Origin: an uncultured bacterium
GTDB taxonomy: Bacteria; Cyanobacteriota; Vampirovibrionia; Gastranaerophilales; Gastranaerophilaceae
Assembly (NCBI GenBank): GCA_902489575.1
Contig: CABUAQ010000001.1
Location: forward strand, 146-64,145
Direction of reading: 5' to 3'
Length of the DNA stretch: 64,000 nucleotides
Program-made: the position numbers and the translations under genes
Part shown: positions 1 through 9,036 of the stretch, piece after piece
Position numbering within the stretch: the stretch's first letter is position 1
How the letters are laid out: each line of letters begins with the position of its first letter
Notes under the pieces: generated by a model
Database searches by the model: none
The model's input: only the letters and a program-made list of their open reading frames with translations
What the model was told of the DNA's origin: nothing

Positions 1-49
1 CAAATTTTATTATATGGAAATTTTAGCAAGTTTAACGTATAATTCTGAT

Positions 50-673
50 ATGAAAAAATCTATTTTAACAATCTTAATTTTAGGAATGATTTTCACATCC
101 TTACCAGCAAATGCTATAGTATGGAGTGCAAATCCTTGGAAAAAACAAATCGAACAGCAACCTGTTGATACAACATCAGAACAGGCTAAAGTACTTTATG
201 CTCAAAACGAAATTGATGATGCCTTAAAACTTTTAAAAAGCAAAGGAGAAGAAACTCGTTCGGCAGAAGACTGGCTGATTATAGGAAATATTCTTCAAGA
301 TAAAGATAAAATTGATGAAGCAACCTATATGTTTAAAAAATCTATAGAAAAAGACCCGAAATACTATAAAGCACATTACAATTTGGGTTATATTTACCTT
401 ATTCAGGATAAACCGAATATGGCACTTGCAGAATTTAAGCTTGCAGTCAAATACAAAGACGATTTCGCATACGGATACTATAACATGGGCTGTGCTTATC
501 TTAAGCTTAAACAGTACCGAAATGCCCGCTATAATTTTTTTAGAGCAATGGATTTAAAAGGCGATGACCCCGCAATTTACTATAATTTGGCATATTCTTT
601 TAAAATGCTGAAAAATGAAAAACAAGCAAAAGCTTATTTAGATATATATAACAAACTTATGGAAAGACAATAA
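50..673 (+). CDS. Secreted TPR-repeat protein
   Basis: Frame of track ORF 14..673, started at ATG 50. MKKSILTILILGMIFTSLPANA looks like a signal peptide. The body is a run of 34-aa TPR-like units (YYKAHYNLGYIYLIQDKPNMALAEFKLAVKY, AYGYYNMGCAYLKLKQYRNARYNFFRAMDL). Confidence 0.75.
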   Translation: MKKSILTILILGMIFTSLPANAIVWSANPWKKQIEQQPVDTTSEQAKVLYAQNEIDDALKLLKSKGEETRSAEDWLIIGNILQDKDKIDEATYMFKKSIEKDPKYYKAHYNLGYIYLIQDKPNMALAEFKLAVKYKDDFAYGYYNMGCAYLKLKQYRNARYNFFRAMDLKGDDPAIYYNLAYSFKMLKNEKQAKAYLDIYNKLMERQ

Positions 674-674
674 C

Positions 675-1370
675 ATGAAATATAAAGGCATAATTTTTGA
701 TTTTAACGGAACATTATATTGGGATTCAGCTAAACACAAACAAACCTGGAGAGAATATTCTAAAATTCTTCGTGGAACACCGTTTACCGATGAAGAAATG
801 ATAAAATATATGTTTGGCAGAACAAATGAACAAATCATAAAATACGCAATAGGAAAGCAGCCTACTCCTGAAATGGTAGAAAAATACGGTCAGGAAAAAG
901 AAGCCCTATATCGAAAAATGAGCGTTGAAGATACTGAAAACTTCCACTTAGCTCAAGGTGCAGAAGAGTTTTTGGATTTTTTAAAAGAAAATGATATTCC
1001 GCGAACAATTGCTACAATGTCAGATTGGGGTAATGTTGAATTCTATATTGAACACTTTAACCTTGGAAAATGGTTTGATATAGATAAAATAGTTTATTCT
1101 GATGGAAAAATCCCGGGAAAACCCGCTCCTGATATATATGAAATTGCAGCAAAAAATTTGGGGCTAGCTCCTCAAGATTGTATTGTAGTAGAAGATGCGA
1201 TATCCGGGATTGACTCTGCTAAAGCTGCAAATATTGGAAAAATTATTGCAATATGTTCAGAAGAACCTCCTGAATTATACAAAAATATTCCCGCTGTTAG
1301 TGGAATTATTCAAAATTTTGAGGATTTTGACAAAACATTGTTCGAGCTTCCCAGCCATAACAAAATCTAA
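675..1370 (+). CDS. HAD-superfamily hydrolase (beta-phosphoglucomutase-like, subfamily IA)
   Basis: HAD motif I 'IIFDFNGTL', later 'GKPAPDIY' and 'VVEDAISGIDSAKAANIG'. 231 aa. Starts right after the upstream stop. Confidence 0.75.
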   Translation: MKYKGIIFDFNGTLYWDSAKHKQTWREYSKILRGTPFTDEEMIKYMFGRTNEQIIKYAIGKQPTPEMVEKYGQEKEALYRKMSVEDTENFHLAQGAEEFLDFLKENDIPRTIATMSDWGNVEFYIEHFNLGKWFDIDKIVYSDGKIPGKPAPDIYEIAAKNLGLAPQDCIVVEDAISGIDSAKAANIGKIIAICSEEPPELYKNIPAVSGIIQNFEDFDKTLFELPSHNKI

Positions 1371-2128
1371 TTCCAAGGATAATCAGAACTAATCTTCCAG
1401 CCATCTTTAAATATAACAGCTGCACAGGCAGTTCCAACTCCAGGTCTATCTCCATTATAAGCAAATGATGTTGCATCCTTGTTACACCCTCGTGGTATAT
1501 TTTTGTCAAGCAATTGTGCTCTTGTATATTGAATATGAGGTACTCCTCCACCTCCATATCCACCTGGATAAATACCATTAGCTATAACAGTAGTTTTATC
1601 TAAAGAGAAATCGTTATTAAACAAATAAAACGAAAAAACATCTTTTCCCATCTGATTTCGAGCACTTTTCCCGTTTATATCAACTATAACAGATATCAGG
1701 TGAAATGCTCCATCATTAACTTTATTAAAGCCAAATACCATTCCATTATTCAATACAATACTATATGGTACAGTGTGTGTCATTCTTACACCTGCAAGAT
1801 CATAATAACCATTAAAATTACCGGTAGTCCAACATCCATCACTCATACGGGTACATACTCTTGCAACATTTAAATATGGCAAAAAATATTTCCGTGCAAA
1901 TTCATCAACTGGCAATGAAGTATCAAAATAAATAGACCCTTCATCTCCTGACTCGGCACTATACATTCTAACCGCCTGAGATAATATTGACAAAGCCTCT
2001 CTAATACCCGAAACCGCAGCACGTTTTTGATACATTGTTATTAAACTTGGAATAGTAAAAGCTGCAATAACTCCAATAATCCCTAATGTTATTAAAACTT
2101 CTGATAAAGTAAAAGCTTTTTTCTTCAT
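1367..2128 (-). CDS. Type IV pilin-like protein (prepilin N-terminal cleavage/methylation domain)
   Basis: N-terminus MKKKA|FTLSEVLITLGIIGVIAAFTIPSLI (class III signal peptide with Glu at +5). C-terminal Cys pair and tail '...CAAVIFKDGWKISSDYPWN' shared with paralogs in this window. Confidence 0.85.
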   Translation of the reverse strand: MKKKAFTLSEVLITLGIIGVIAAFTIPSLITMYQKRAAVSGIREALSILSQAVRMYSAESGDEGSIYFDTSLPVDEFARKYFLPYLNVARVCTRMSDGCWTTGNFNGYYDLAGVRMTHTVPYSIVLNNGMVFGFNKVNDGAFHLISVIVDINGKSARNQMGKDVFSFYLFNNDFSLDKTTVIANGIYPGGYGGGGVPHIQYTRAQLLDKNIPRGCNKDATSFAYNGDRPGVGTACAAVIFKDGWKISSDYPWN

Positions 2129-2184
2129 AAAATAAAAATCCTTTCATAGCTAATTGAGAATAAATTATATTTATAAACATGATA

Positions 2185-2213
2185 ATTGTAGCTTTACAGC
2201 TATAATATGTCAA
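2185..2213 (-). promoter_or_regulatory. Candidate sigma70-type promoter for pilin-like gene 1367..2128
   Basis: On the minus strand: TTGACA (2213-2208), 17-nt spacer, TACAAT (2190-2185), about 55 nt upstream of the ATG at 2128. Confidence 0.45.
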
Positions 2214-2253
2214 CCATCTTGAATTTAATTTGAACAACCTTTACCATAAAATA

Positions 2254-2499
2254 ATGGATTACAAATTTGAAAACATAAAAATTATTGATTTCATAAAAAC
2301 ACTGGCTATTTATAAAGGCACATCTCTGCGTAAACTTGTATTAAAACTTGCAGCGAACAAGAACTCCAGCGATTGCTATTCAAATTTTTACGCGAAATTA
2401 AAAAAGGAAACCATTAAATTCTCAGAAATAGCTGATATCGCAGATACCCTAGGATATGAAATAATTTTTAAAGATAAAAACCAAAAAAGACTTTCGTAA
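2254..2499 (+). CDS. Small hypothetical protein (possible HTH-like)
   Basis: Track ORF 2230..2499 begins at TTG; first ATG is at 2254 (MDYKFENIK...). No motif recognised beyond a helix-rich basic sequence. Confidence 0.4.
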   Translation: MDYKFENIKIIDFIKTLAIYKGTSLRKLVLKLAANKNSSDCYSNFYAKLKKETIKFSEIADIADTLGYEIIFKDKNQKRLS

Positions 2500-2515
2500 C
2501 GAAAGTCTTTTTTAC

Positions 2516-4075
2516 TTATACACTTGTTTTTTGCTTCGAGTTAGTGCGACGAATTATTCTTCCGCGTTCTTCTATACGTTTTTGTCTATACCCGTACAAA
2601 GCATATATTAACAAACCTACAAACAGCCACAAGGCAAAATAAGCAGAAGAAGTTTTTAATGTTTTTAAAGAAAACACAATTAACACTCCGCAAATTAAAA
2701 TTCCGGCGATAGGGAACCCCGGACATAATGGAACCTTGAACGGTCTTGGTCTGTTCGGTTCTGTTTTTCTCAAGATCAATACAGCCAAACATATTATAAC
2801 AAAAGATGTGAATGTTCCAAAGTTACACAAAGCAGCAGAAATATTTAAATCCATAAACAAACCGCAAACAATTACAACCAGACCCGAAATCCAAGTCATA
2901 ACATGAGGCGTTCTGAATTTTCTGTGAATTAATCTCCACGATTTTGGTAAAAACCTGTCACGACTAATTGCATACAAAATTCTTGTTGTACCCAGCTGAT
3001 AAATCAATAAAACAGAAGTTAACGCACATAAAGCGCCCACCGAAATTAAACCAGCAAACCAATCTTTACCTATATAACTCATTGCATGGGCAATAGGAGC
3101 CTGAATATCAATCCGCTCAACAGGGACTATCCCTGTTAAAACTAAAGCTACACTTACATATAATATAGTACAAATAACAAGAGTTCCCAAAATTGCAATT
3201 GGCAAATCTCTTTGAGGATTTTCAGTTTCTTCCGCAGTTGTAGAAATCGCATCAAAACCAATATAAGCAAAAAATATCAAAAATGCCCCCATTATAATCC
3301 CTGAAGGATCAGATGGGAAAAACGGTGTCCAATGTGCAGGTTTTACGTAAAAAGCACCAACAATGATAAAAGATAAAATCATAAACATATTTACCCCTAC
3401 CATTATACTGGCAACCTTTGTAGATTCTTTAACTCCACGGATTAAAAGTAAAGTTAAAATAAGCACAATCGCTACAGCAGGCAAATTGATTGCTACAGGG
3501 ATATGTCCAAATAAATACGGAATTTTATCGTGAATATCCCAACCATTTGCATTACAAAGGGCAGACATAGTCTTGTAATCACACCTTAACCATAGCGGGA
3601 AGTTTACAACAAAATCAGGCAAAATATGCTTGAACCCTTTTAAAAACTGAATAAAATATCCGGTCCAAGCACTCGCAACAGTAATATTTCCGATTGCATA
3701 CTCCAGCATCAAAATCCAGCCGACCATCCATGCCATAAATTCGCCCATAGTAGCATAGGTATATGTATATGCACTACCTGCAACAGGTATCATTGCGGCA
3801 ATTTCTGAATAGCAAAGCGCTGAAAACACACACGCAACAGCTGCCAACACCATTGAGACAACAATAGCCGGACCTGCTCCTGCACTTTCAGCACTACCCG
3901 TAATTGCAGTTCCGATAATAGTAAAGATTCCTGTCCCAACAACTGCACCTATTCCAATTATAATAAGATCAAAAACATTTAATGTTTTTTTTAATTCTGA
4001 ACGCTTACTGGTATTAATCAAATCGTCCATACTTTTTTTCTTAAACATATTTCGGCTAATTTGTTCTAAATCCAT
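2516..4075 (-). CDS. APC-superfamily amino acid permease
   Basis: 519 aa, multi-TM. N-terminal 'LIIIGIGAVVGTGIFTIIG' and 'GPAIVVSMVLAAVACVFSALCYSE' are typical of APC / cationic amino acid transporter family. Clear paralog of the adjacent gene. Confidence 0.85.
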   Translation of the reverse strand: MDLEQISRNMFKKKSMDDLINTSKRSELKKTLNVFDLIIIGIGAVVGTGIFTIIGTAITGSAESAGAGPAIVVSMVLAAVACVFSALCYSEIAAMIPVAGSAYTYTYATMGEFMAWMVGWILMLEYAIGNITVASAWTGYFIQFLKGFKHILPDFVVNFPLWLRCDYKTMSALCNANGWDIHDKIPYLFGHIPVAINLPAVAIVLILTLLLIRGVKESTKVASIMVGVNMFMILSFIIVGAFYVKPAHWTPFFPSDPSGIIMGAFLIFFAYIGFDAISTTAEETENPQRDLPIAILGTLVICTILYVSVALVLTGIVPVERIDIQAPIAHAMSYIGKDWFAGLISVGALCALTSVLLIYQLGTTRILYAISRDRFLPKSWRLIHRKFRTPHVMTWISGLVVIVCGLFMDLNISAALCNFGTFTSFVIICLAVLILRKTEPNRPRPFKVPLCPGFPIAGILICGVLIVFSLKTLKTSSAYFALWLFVGLLIYALYGYRQKRIEERGRIIRRTNSKQKTSV

Positions 4076-4078
4076 TTA

Positions 4079-5674
4079 TTATATTTCTTCCTGTTCTTCA
4101 AACATTCCATGTACAATTTCTCTGTGGATTTTATTTTCATTATTTCTGTTTTTGATAAATCCGTACAATAAATAAATTATCGCGCCAACACCGAGCCAAA
4201 CAGGGAAAAGTAAAGCAGAACTTCCTGCCTGCATTGACTTATAAACCATTAACCCACCGCAACAAATGATTCCTAAAGCAGGAGTTACAGGCGAAAAAGG
4301 AACTTTGAACGGTCTCGGGCGATTTGGATCTGTATGCCTTAATATCAATACTGCAACACAAACTATAATAAAAGATGTGAAAGTTCCATAATTACAAAGT
4401 TCTGCAGCGACATCCAGGTTTAAAGTTAAAATACCAACAACCGCAAGGATTCCAACTGTCCAGGTTAATAGTGCGGGAGTTTTAAATTTTTTATCCAATT
4501 TTTGGAAACGTTGTGAAATAAAGTGATCCCTGCTCATTGCAAATAAAATTCTTGTAGCAGCCATCTCTAACACCAAAAGCACTGAAGTTAAACCCGCTAA
4601 AGAGCCGACAGAAATCAAACCTGCAGCCCAATTCTGTTTAGCCATTGTCATACAATATGCCATAGGAGCTTTCAAGAAATCCAAAGGCACCGGCCCTGAA
4701 GTTTTTTGCATACCTGTTAAAACAAGAGCTACCAGAACATACACAACTGTTGTTATCAAAAGTGAACCAATAATACCAATTGGTAAATCTTTTTGAGGAT
4801 TTTTACATTCTTCCGCAGCTGTTGCAAGAGCATCAAAACCGATATAAGCAAAAAATATCAAAAACGCACCGGCAAAAATACCTTCAATACCATTTGGTGC
4901 AAACGGAGTCCAATTTGCAGGAGTTACGAAAAATGCACCAGCAATAATAAACAACGCAATTACTGCCAATTTTATGAATACCATCAAACCGGCCATCTTC
5001 GCGGAATCCTTTGTTCCTCTGACCAGAATAGCTGTCATTAAAAGTACAATCAATATTGCCGGTAGATTTATGCAAACAGGAACACCCAAAAATCTAGGAA
5101 CAAAAATATCCGGATTTTCAGCCGCAAGCTTACCAACAGTAAAAACATCATTAGTTAACCATACCGGAGGATGCGCAAGCCATGCCGGTAACACCTTATC
5201 AAAACCTGCCATAAACTGGATAAAATGATTTGACCAGGCGCACGCAACTGCAATAAAACCAATTGCATACTCAAGCATTAAAACCCATCCAACCATCCAA
5301 GCGGCAAATTCACCCAATGTTGCAAAAGTATAAGTATATGCACCACCTGCAACAGGTATCATTGTGGCAAACTCCGAATAACATAATGCTGAAAAAATAC
5401 ACGCAATCGCTGCAATTACCATTGAAATCATCAATGCAGGACCAGCACCAACACTTGAACCGTCAGCACTACCCGCAGCTGCAATACCTACAACCGCAAA
5501 AATTCCTGATCCAATAATTGCACCAACACCTAAGATAATTAAATCCCAAACTCCAAGAGTTTTTTCCAACCCTTGTTCACTAGCTTCCGCTAACATTTCA
5601 TCAGGAGCCTTAATTCTTGTAATGTGTCTTAAAAAACTTCTCGTAAAAGTTGCTCTGTTAAATTTTTCAGCCAT
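4079..5674 (-). CDS. APC-superfamily amino acid permease (tandem paralog)
   Basis: 531 aa, colinear with 2516..4075 ('LIILGVGAIIGSGIFAVVG', 'YSEFATMIPVAGGAYTYTFATLGEF', 'RPFKVP'). Separated from the neighbours by 3 and 14 nt. Confidence 0.85.
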   Translation of the reverse strand: MAEKFNRATFTRSFLRHITRIKAPDEMLAEASEQGLEKTLGVWDLIILGVGAIIGSGIFAVVGIAAAGSADGSSVGAGPALMISMVIAAIACIFSALCYSEFATMIPVAGGAYTYTFATLGEFAAWMVGWVLMLEYAIGFIAVACAWSNHFIQFMAGFDKVLPAWLAHPPVWLTNDVFTVGKLAAENPDIFVPRFLGVPVCINLPAILIVLLMTAILVRGTKDSAKMAGLMVFIKLAVIALFIIAGAFFVTPANWTPFAPNGIEGIFAGAFLIFFAYIGFDALATAAEECKNPQKDLPIGIIGSLLITTVVYVLVALVLTGMQKTSGPVPLDFLKAPMAYCMTMAKQNWAAGLISVGSLAGLTSVLLVLEMAATRILFAMSRDHFISQRFQKLDKKFKTPALLTWTVGILAVVGILTLNLDVAAELCNYGTFTSFIIVCVAVLILRHTDPNRPRPFKVPFSPVTPALGIICCGGLMVYKSMQAGSSALLFPVWLGVGAIIYLLYGFIKNRNNENKIHREIVHGMFEEQEEI

Positions 5675-5688
5675 TCATCTTCCTTATT

Positions 5689-6570
5689 TTACTTACTAAC
5701 ATTACAAAGAGGGAAACCTAATTCTTCTCTTTGTTCTACATACAATTTTGCAACAGCAGAAGCCATAGTTCTAACTCTGCCTATAAAATTATTTCTTTCA
5801 TCTTTACTAATTACCCCGTGTGCGTCAAGCAAATTAAATGTATGTGAACATTTCAATACATAATCATACGCAGGTAAAACTAATTTCGCATTTATACAAT
5901 TGTCAACTTCTTTTTGATATAAATCAAACATTGTAAATAAATTGTCAGTATCAGAAACTTCAAAATTATATTTAGATTGTTCGATTTCATTTTGAAGATA
6001 AATATCACCATATTTTAATGTATCGTTCCACATAATATCATATACGGATTCTTTGTTTTGAAGATACATCGCAATACGTTCTAACCCGTAAGTCAACTCA
6101 AGAGCAACAGGTTTAATTTCTAAACCGCCGACTTGCTGGAAATATGTAAACTGTGTAATTTCCATCCCATCGAGCCAAACTTCCCAGCCGACACCGGCAG
6201 CCCCCAAAGTCGGAGATTCCCAGTTATCTTCAACAAATCTTACATCATGTTCTTTTAAATCAATCCCCATTGCCTCTAAACTTTTCAAATAAAGTTCCTG
6301 TGCATTATCAGGAGATGGTTTCAATATAACCTGAAATTGAAAATAATGCCCGAGTCTGTTAGGGTTTTCCCCATACCTTGCATCAGTCGGTCTTCTACAT
6401 GGTTCTATCATTGCCGTATTCCAAGGTTCAGGACCTAATGAACGTAAAAAAGTTGCAGGATTCATTGTAGAAGCCCCTTTTTCTATATCATAAGGTTGTT
6501 GAATTATACAACCATAATCTGACCAAAATTTTTGTAAATTAAAAACTAGTTCTTGAAAATTTAATGCCAT
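5689..6570 (-). CDS. glyQ: Glycine--tRNA ligase alpha subunit
   Basis: 293 aa. Highly characteristic GlyQ sequence ([28 protein letters not shown]...[19 protein letters not shown]...[15 protein letters not shown]). Confidence 0.95.
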   Translation of the reverse strand: MALNFQELVFNLQKFWSDYGCIIQQPYDIEKGASTMNPATFLRSLGPEPWNTAMIEPCRRPTDARYGENPNRLGHYFQFQVILKPSPDNAQELYLKSLEAMGIDLKEHDVRFVEDNWESPTLGAAGVGWEVWLDGMEITQFTYFQQVGGLEIKPVALELTYGLERIAMYLQNKESVYDIMWNDTLKYGDIYLQNEIEQSKYNFEVSDTDNLFTMFDLYQKEVDNCINAKLVLPAYDYVLKCSHTFNLLDAHGVISKDERNNFIGRVRTMASAVAKLYVEQREELGFPLCNVSK

Positions 6571-6663
6571 AACCTAATCCAATATTGTACTAATTACACT
6601 CGTTATATTATCTTATTACCGACATAGTACAATTTCAATAAAATTATAAAAAATGTTAAGTAG

Positions 6664-6696
6664 CTAACACAAACAGGAGCACTTAAAATGCTCCTG
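6664..6696 (-). terminator. Rho-independent terminator after pilin-like gene A
   Basis: Stem CAGGAGCA (6674-6681) / TGCTCCTG (6689-6696) with a 7-nt loop, followed on the minus strand by TTTGTGTT. Confidence 0.6.
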
Positions 6697-6713
6697 CCAA
6701 AATTATTACAAAC

Positions 6714-7510
6714 TTACTTAACATTCCAAGGATAATCTCCTTGAATAGTCCAATTATCTCCAACAATTAATGCAGCACACCAATAACCGCTTTTACCCTT
6801 TGCGCACGAGTTACCACTAGAACCTTTAACGACATCACGTTTATAAACTTTTCCTATACTCCAGCTCGCAGGAGTACCTGCATTACCTAACGGCTGCAAT
6901 CCATATTCTGAACTTAGGAAAAATAAAAATGTATCTTTGCCTACTTTATTTGGTTTTGAAATTCCATTAACATCAATCCCTACCCATAAACCGCTTTCAT
7001 TACCAGAATTTAGGTTTGCAGAAACAATAGCACCGTTAATTAAAGAAAAATGATACGCATTTCCCCCTGTATATGTCGTTCCGGAATATCTTGATCCATT
7101 TAAATTTGTCCTTGGAGCAACTTTAAATAACTCCCCGGAAGAATAAGAGTTCATAACTTTTACATAATTTTGAATGTACTTTTCAAAAAAAGCTTTACCT
7201 GATAACGTTGTATCCCAAGAATCAACTTCTCCGTTATCTTCTTGAGATAACTTCATTGCCTGCTGCATAATACTATAAGTCTCTTTTAACTGTGTAACTG
7301 TTTTTCTTTTTTGGTAATTAGCAATTAACCCGGGTATTGTTAATGCAGCAACAACTCCTATAATACCTAATGTAATCAAGACCTCAGATAATGTAAACGC
7401 GTTTAAAGTCCGGGGTAAAAATAGTTTTCTAATCGCGAAACCGCGGTCAAAGTAAGGCTTTAAGAGGTTACCCCCCCCCCGAATTTCTTACTATACTTGA
7501 ATTTTAGCAT
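6714..7510 (-). pseudogene. Type IV pilin-like gene A, frameshifted at a G10 tract as assembled (candidate phase-variable, OFF state)
   Basis: SD AAAGGAGGA plus ATG 7510 opens MLKFKYSKKF, then G10 (7480-7471), then GGGVTS and stop at 7462-7460. The pilin body (..LNA|FTLSEVLITLGIIGVVAALTIP.. to 6714, ending GDYPWNVK) is open only in the frame reached with G11 or G8. The track start at 7379 is a TTG inside the hydrophobic helix. Confidence 0.8.
7471..7480 (-). repeat. Homopolymer G10 on the coding strand (C10 on plus)
   Basis: Direct read: 'ggtta cccccccccc gaatt'. Exactly ten C at 7471-7480. Confidence 0.95.
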
Positions 7511-7607
7511 ATTTATCCTCCTTTATTATTGACAGATATAATATAACATATTATTTGAAATATTACAAACAGAAAATTTATGTTAAAATTAGAAAAAAGG
7601 AGCTCAT

Positions 7608-8123
7608 ATGGTCAACAAGATTATTATATTTTCAGGCAAACAATATTCAGGTAAAGATACAGCAGCAAAGATAATGCTTGATAAAATGCCCGATTATAGA
7701 CGTTGCGCAATGGGTGATATTATAAAAATGACCTATGGGCAAGAAAAAGGTCTTAGTTTTGAACAAATTGAACAAAATAAAGCTTTGCACCGTGCAGATT
7801 TAATACAATTAGGAAACTGGGGCAGAAAACAAGACCCTGATTACTGGTTAAAAAAAATTCTTGAACAGGATGGTAATATTATTGTTACAGATGTCCGTGT
7901 TCCACATGAATATGAAATTTTTAAACGAGCACATGCCATTTCCATCAGAATAGAAGCCTCCAGACAAACACGCAGCAGCCGCGGCAAACTTGTTGGAGAG
8001 AATGATATAACAGAAATCGGGCTTGATAATATCAAAGACTGGGATTACGTAATTGATAACAACAGCGATTATACTAATCTTGAGCAACAAGTCCTAAAAA
8101 TAATACAAGAAATTTCAAATTAA
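7608..8123 (+). CDS. P-loop kinase (dNMP kinase / phosphomevalonate-kinase-like family)
   Basis: 171 aa. Walker A-like 'FSGKQYSGKDT' close to the N-terminus. SD AAAAGGAG upstream of the ATG. Family assignment is by motif resemblance only. Confidence 0.5.
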   Translation: MVNKIIIFSGKQYSGKDTAAKIMLDKMPDYRRCAMGDIIKMTYGQEKGLSFEQIEQNKALHRADLIQLGNWGRKQDPDYWLKKILEQDGNIIVTDVRVPHEYEIFKRAHAISIRIEASRQTRSSRGKLVGENDITEIGLDNIKDWDYVIDNNSDYTNLEQQVLKIIQEISN

Positions 8124-8131
8124 CACCTACC

Positions 8132-8407
8132 CTAAGGGCAAAGGTTTTCCCAATCCGGCTCTTCGGATTCATCGCCAGGTTCTACGATATGCTCCCCGTA
8201 TTCAAGCATTACCTGCAGGGATAATTTCAACTGCTGCTTATAATTTTCTCTAGCCCGCGCAAGAGTCTTGGCACAGAAAGTAAAACTCGGAATTTCTTTT
8301 ATTTCAATATAATAATAAGGATTTCCGTCAAAATCCAAATCCTGACCTTCTATAAGGGTCCAATTTAAATTTAAATAATAATCTAAGTCTTTTTCTTTTG
8401 GTTCCAT
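8132..8407 (-). CDS. Small HicB/UPF0150-like protein
   Basis: 91 aa. Pattern 'YYYIEIKEIPSFTFCAKTLARARENYKQQLKLSLQVMLEYGEHIVEPGD' resembles the HicB-type fold. No HicA partner is seen. Confidence 0.4.
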   Translation of the reverse strand: MEPKEKDLDYYLNLNWTLIEGQDLDFDGNPYYYIEIKEIPSFTFCAKTLARARENYKQQLKLSLQVMLEYGEHIVEPGDESEEPDWENLCP

Positions 8408-8418
8408 ACTTACTAATA

Positions 8419-9024
8419 TTAATTATCTAAAGACGAGTTTGTCAACGGTTGAGAAAGCATAATCCCTTCTCCTCCGACAACATCTGCCCTTTGACCATCT
8501 ATATACAAATAAACCGGTATTTTTGAATTCAAATTGACAGTTTTTATCAACTGATAAAGTCTTTTATACAAACTCTCCGTACCGCCGCCCATTACAAAAG
8601 AAGAATTCAAATTAACAATAATCTTATCCGGCTGCTCTGTTATATTGATAACCTCAGAACTTGCCGGGACTTCCGTATATACACCTCTTTGTTTTTCTTC
8701 AGGTCTTGGACCGCGAATTAGAGAATTCACAGAATACTTAATTTTTGAACCGTCAATATCTTTGTTATATTCACGCTTTACTGCTTTATAGACTTCTTCA
8801 TTATGTTCATTTTTACCTATAAAGTAAACATTAACATATTCTTTCTCAACAGCCTCAACTTTTGGATCTTCTACAACTTCTTCCTGTACAGAACGTTCTG
8901 AAACTTTTACCTGGTCAGGAGTAATATCCGGCTTTGGCATAAACACCTGAAAAGCGATTATGCCAATTACCACGATCATACAAAAACCTATAAATAATAA
9001 AAGGACTTTCTGATTCTTATTCAT
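8419..9024 (-). CDS. Membrane-anchored GerMN-domain protein
   Basis: N-terminal TM helix (VLLLFIGFCMIVVIGIIAF), then a 'VNVYFIGKN...LIRGPRPEE...' GerM-like segment. Confidence 0.55.
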   Translation of the reverse strand: MNKNQKVLLLFIGFCMIVVIGIIAFQVFMPKPDITPDQVKVSERSVQEEVVEDPKVEAVEKEYVNVYFIGKNEHNEEVYKAVKREYNKDIDGSKIKYSVNSLIRGPRPEEKQRGVYTEVPASSEVINITEQPDKIIVNLNSSFVMGGGTESLYKRLYQLIKTVNLNSKIPVYLYIDGQRADVVGGEGIMLSQPLTNSSLDN

Positions 9025-9036
9025 TAAAAAATACCT

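Noticed and set aside
4793-5517. Four track ORFs (4793..5041, 4884..5075, 4974..5228, 5263..5517) inside the second permease gene
   Set aside because: All lie within or antisense to a 531-aa APC permease with strong family motifs. Their translations are low-complexity and lack SD sequences. They are shadow ORFs.
6571-6673. Possible T-box riboswitch upstream of glyQ
   Set aside because: Only about 100 nt separate the glyQ start from the terminator of the upstream gene. That is too short for a T-box leader, and no T-box-like conserved sequence was seen.
7380-7460. Alternative non-canonical start (ATT) giving a short leader (I)RKLFLPRTLNA|FTLSE for pilin-like gene A without any frameshift
   Set aside because: AUU initiation is very rare and there is no SD in front of it. 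The paralogous locus B offers no equivalent codon. The shared upstream SD+ATG+G10 cassette is a more economical explanation. Not formally excluded.
8132-8407. HicAB toxin-antitoxin module
   Set aside because: Only a HicB/UPF0150-like 91-aa protein is present. No HicA-like small basic ORF lies adjacent on either side, and the neighbours are a kinase and a GerMN protein.
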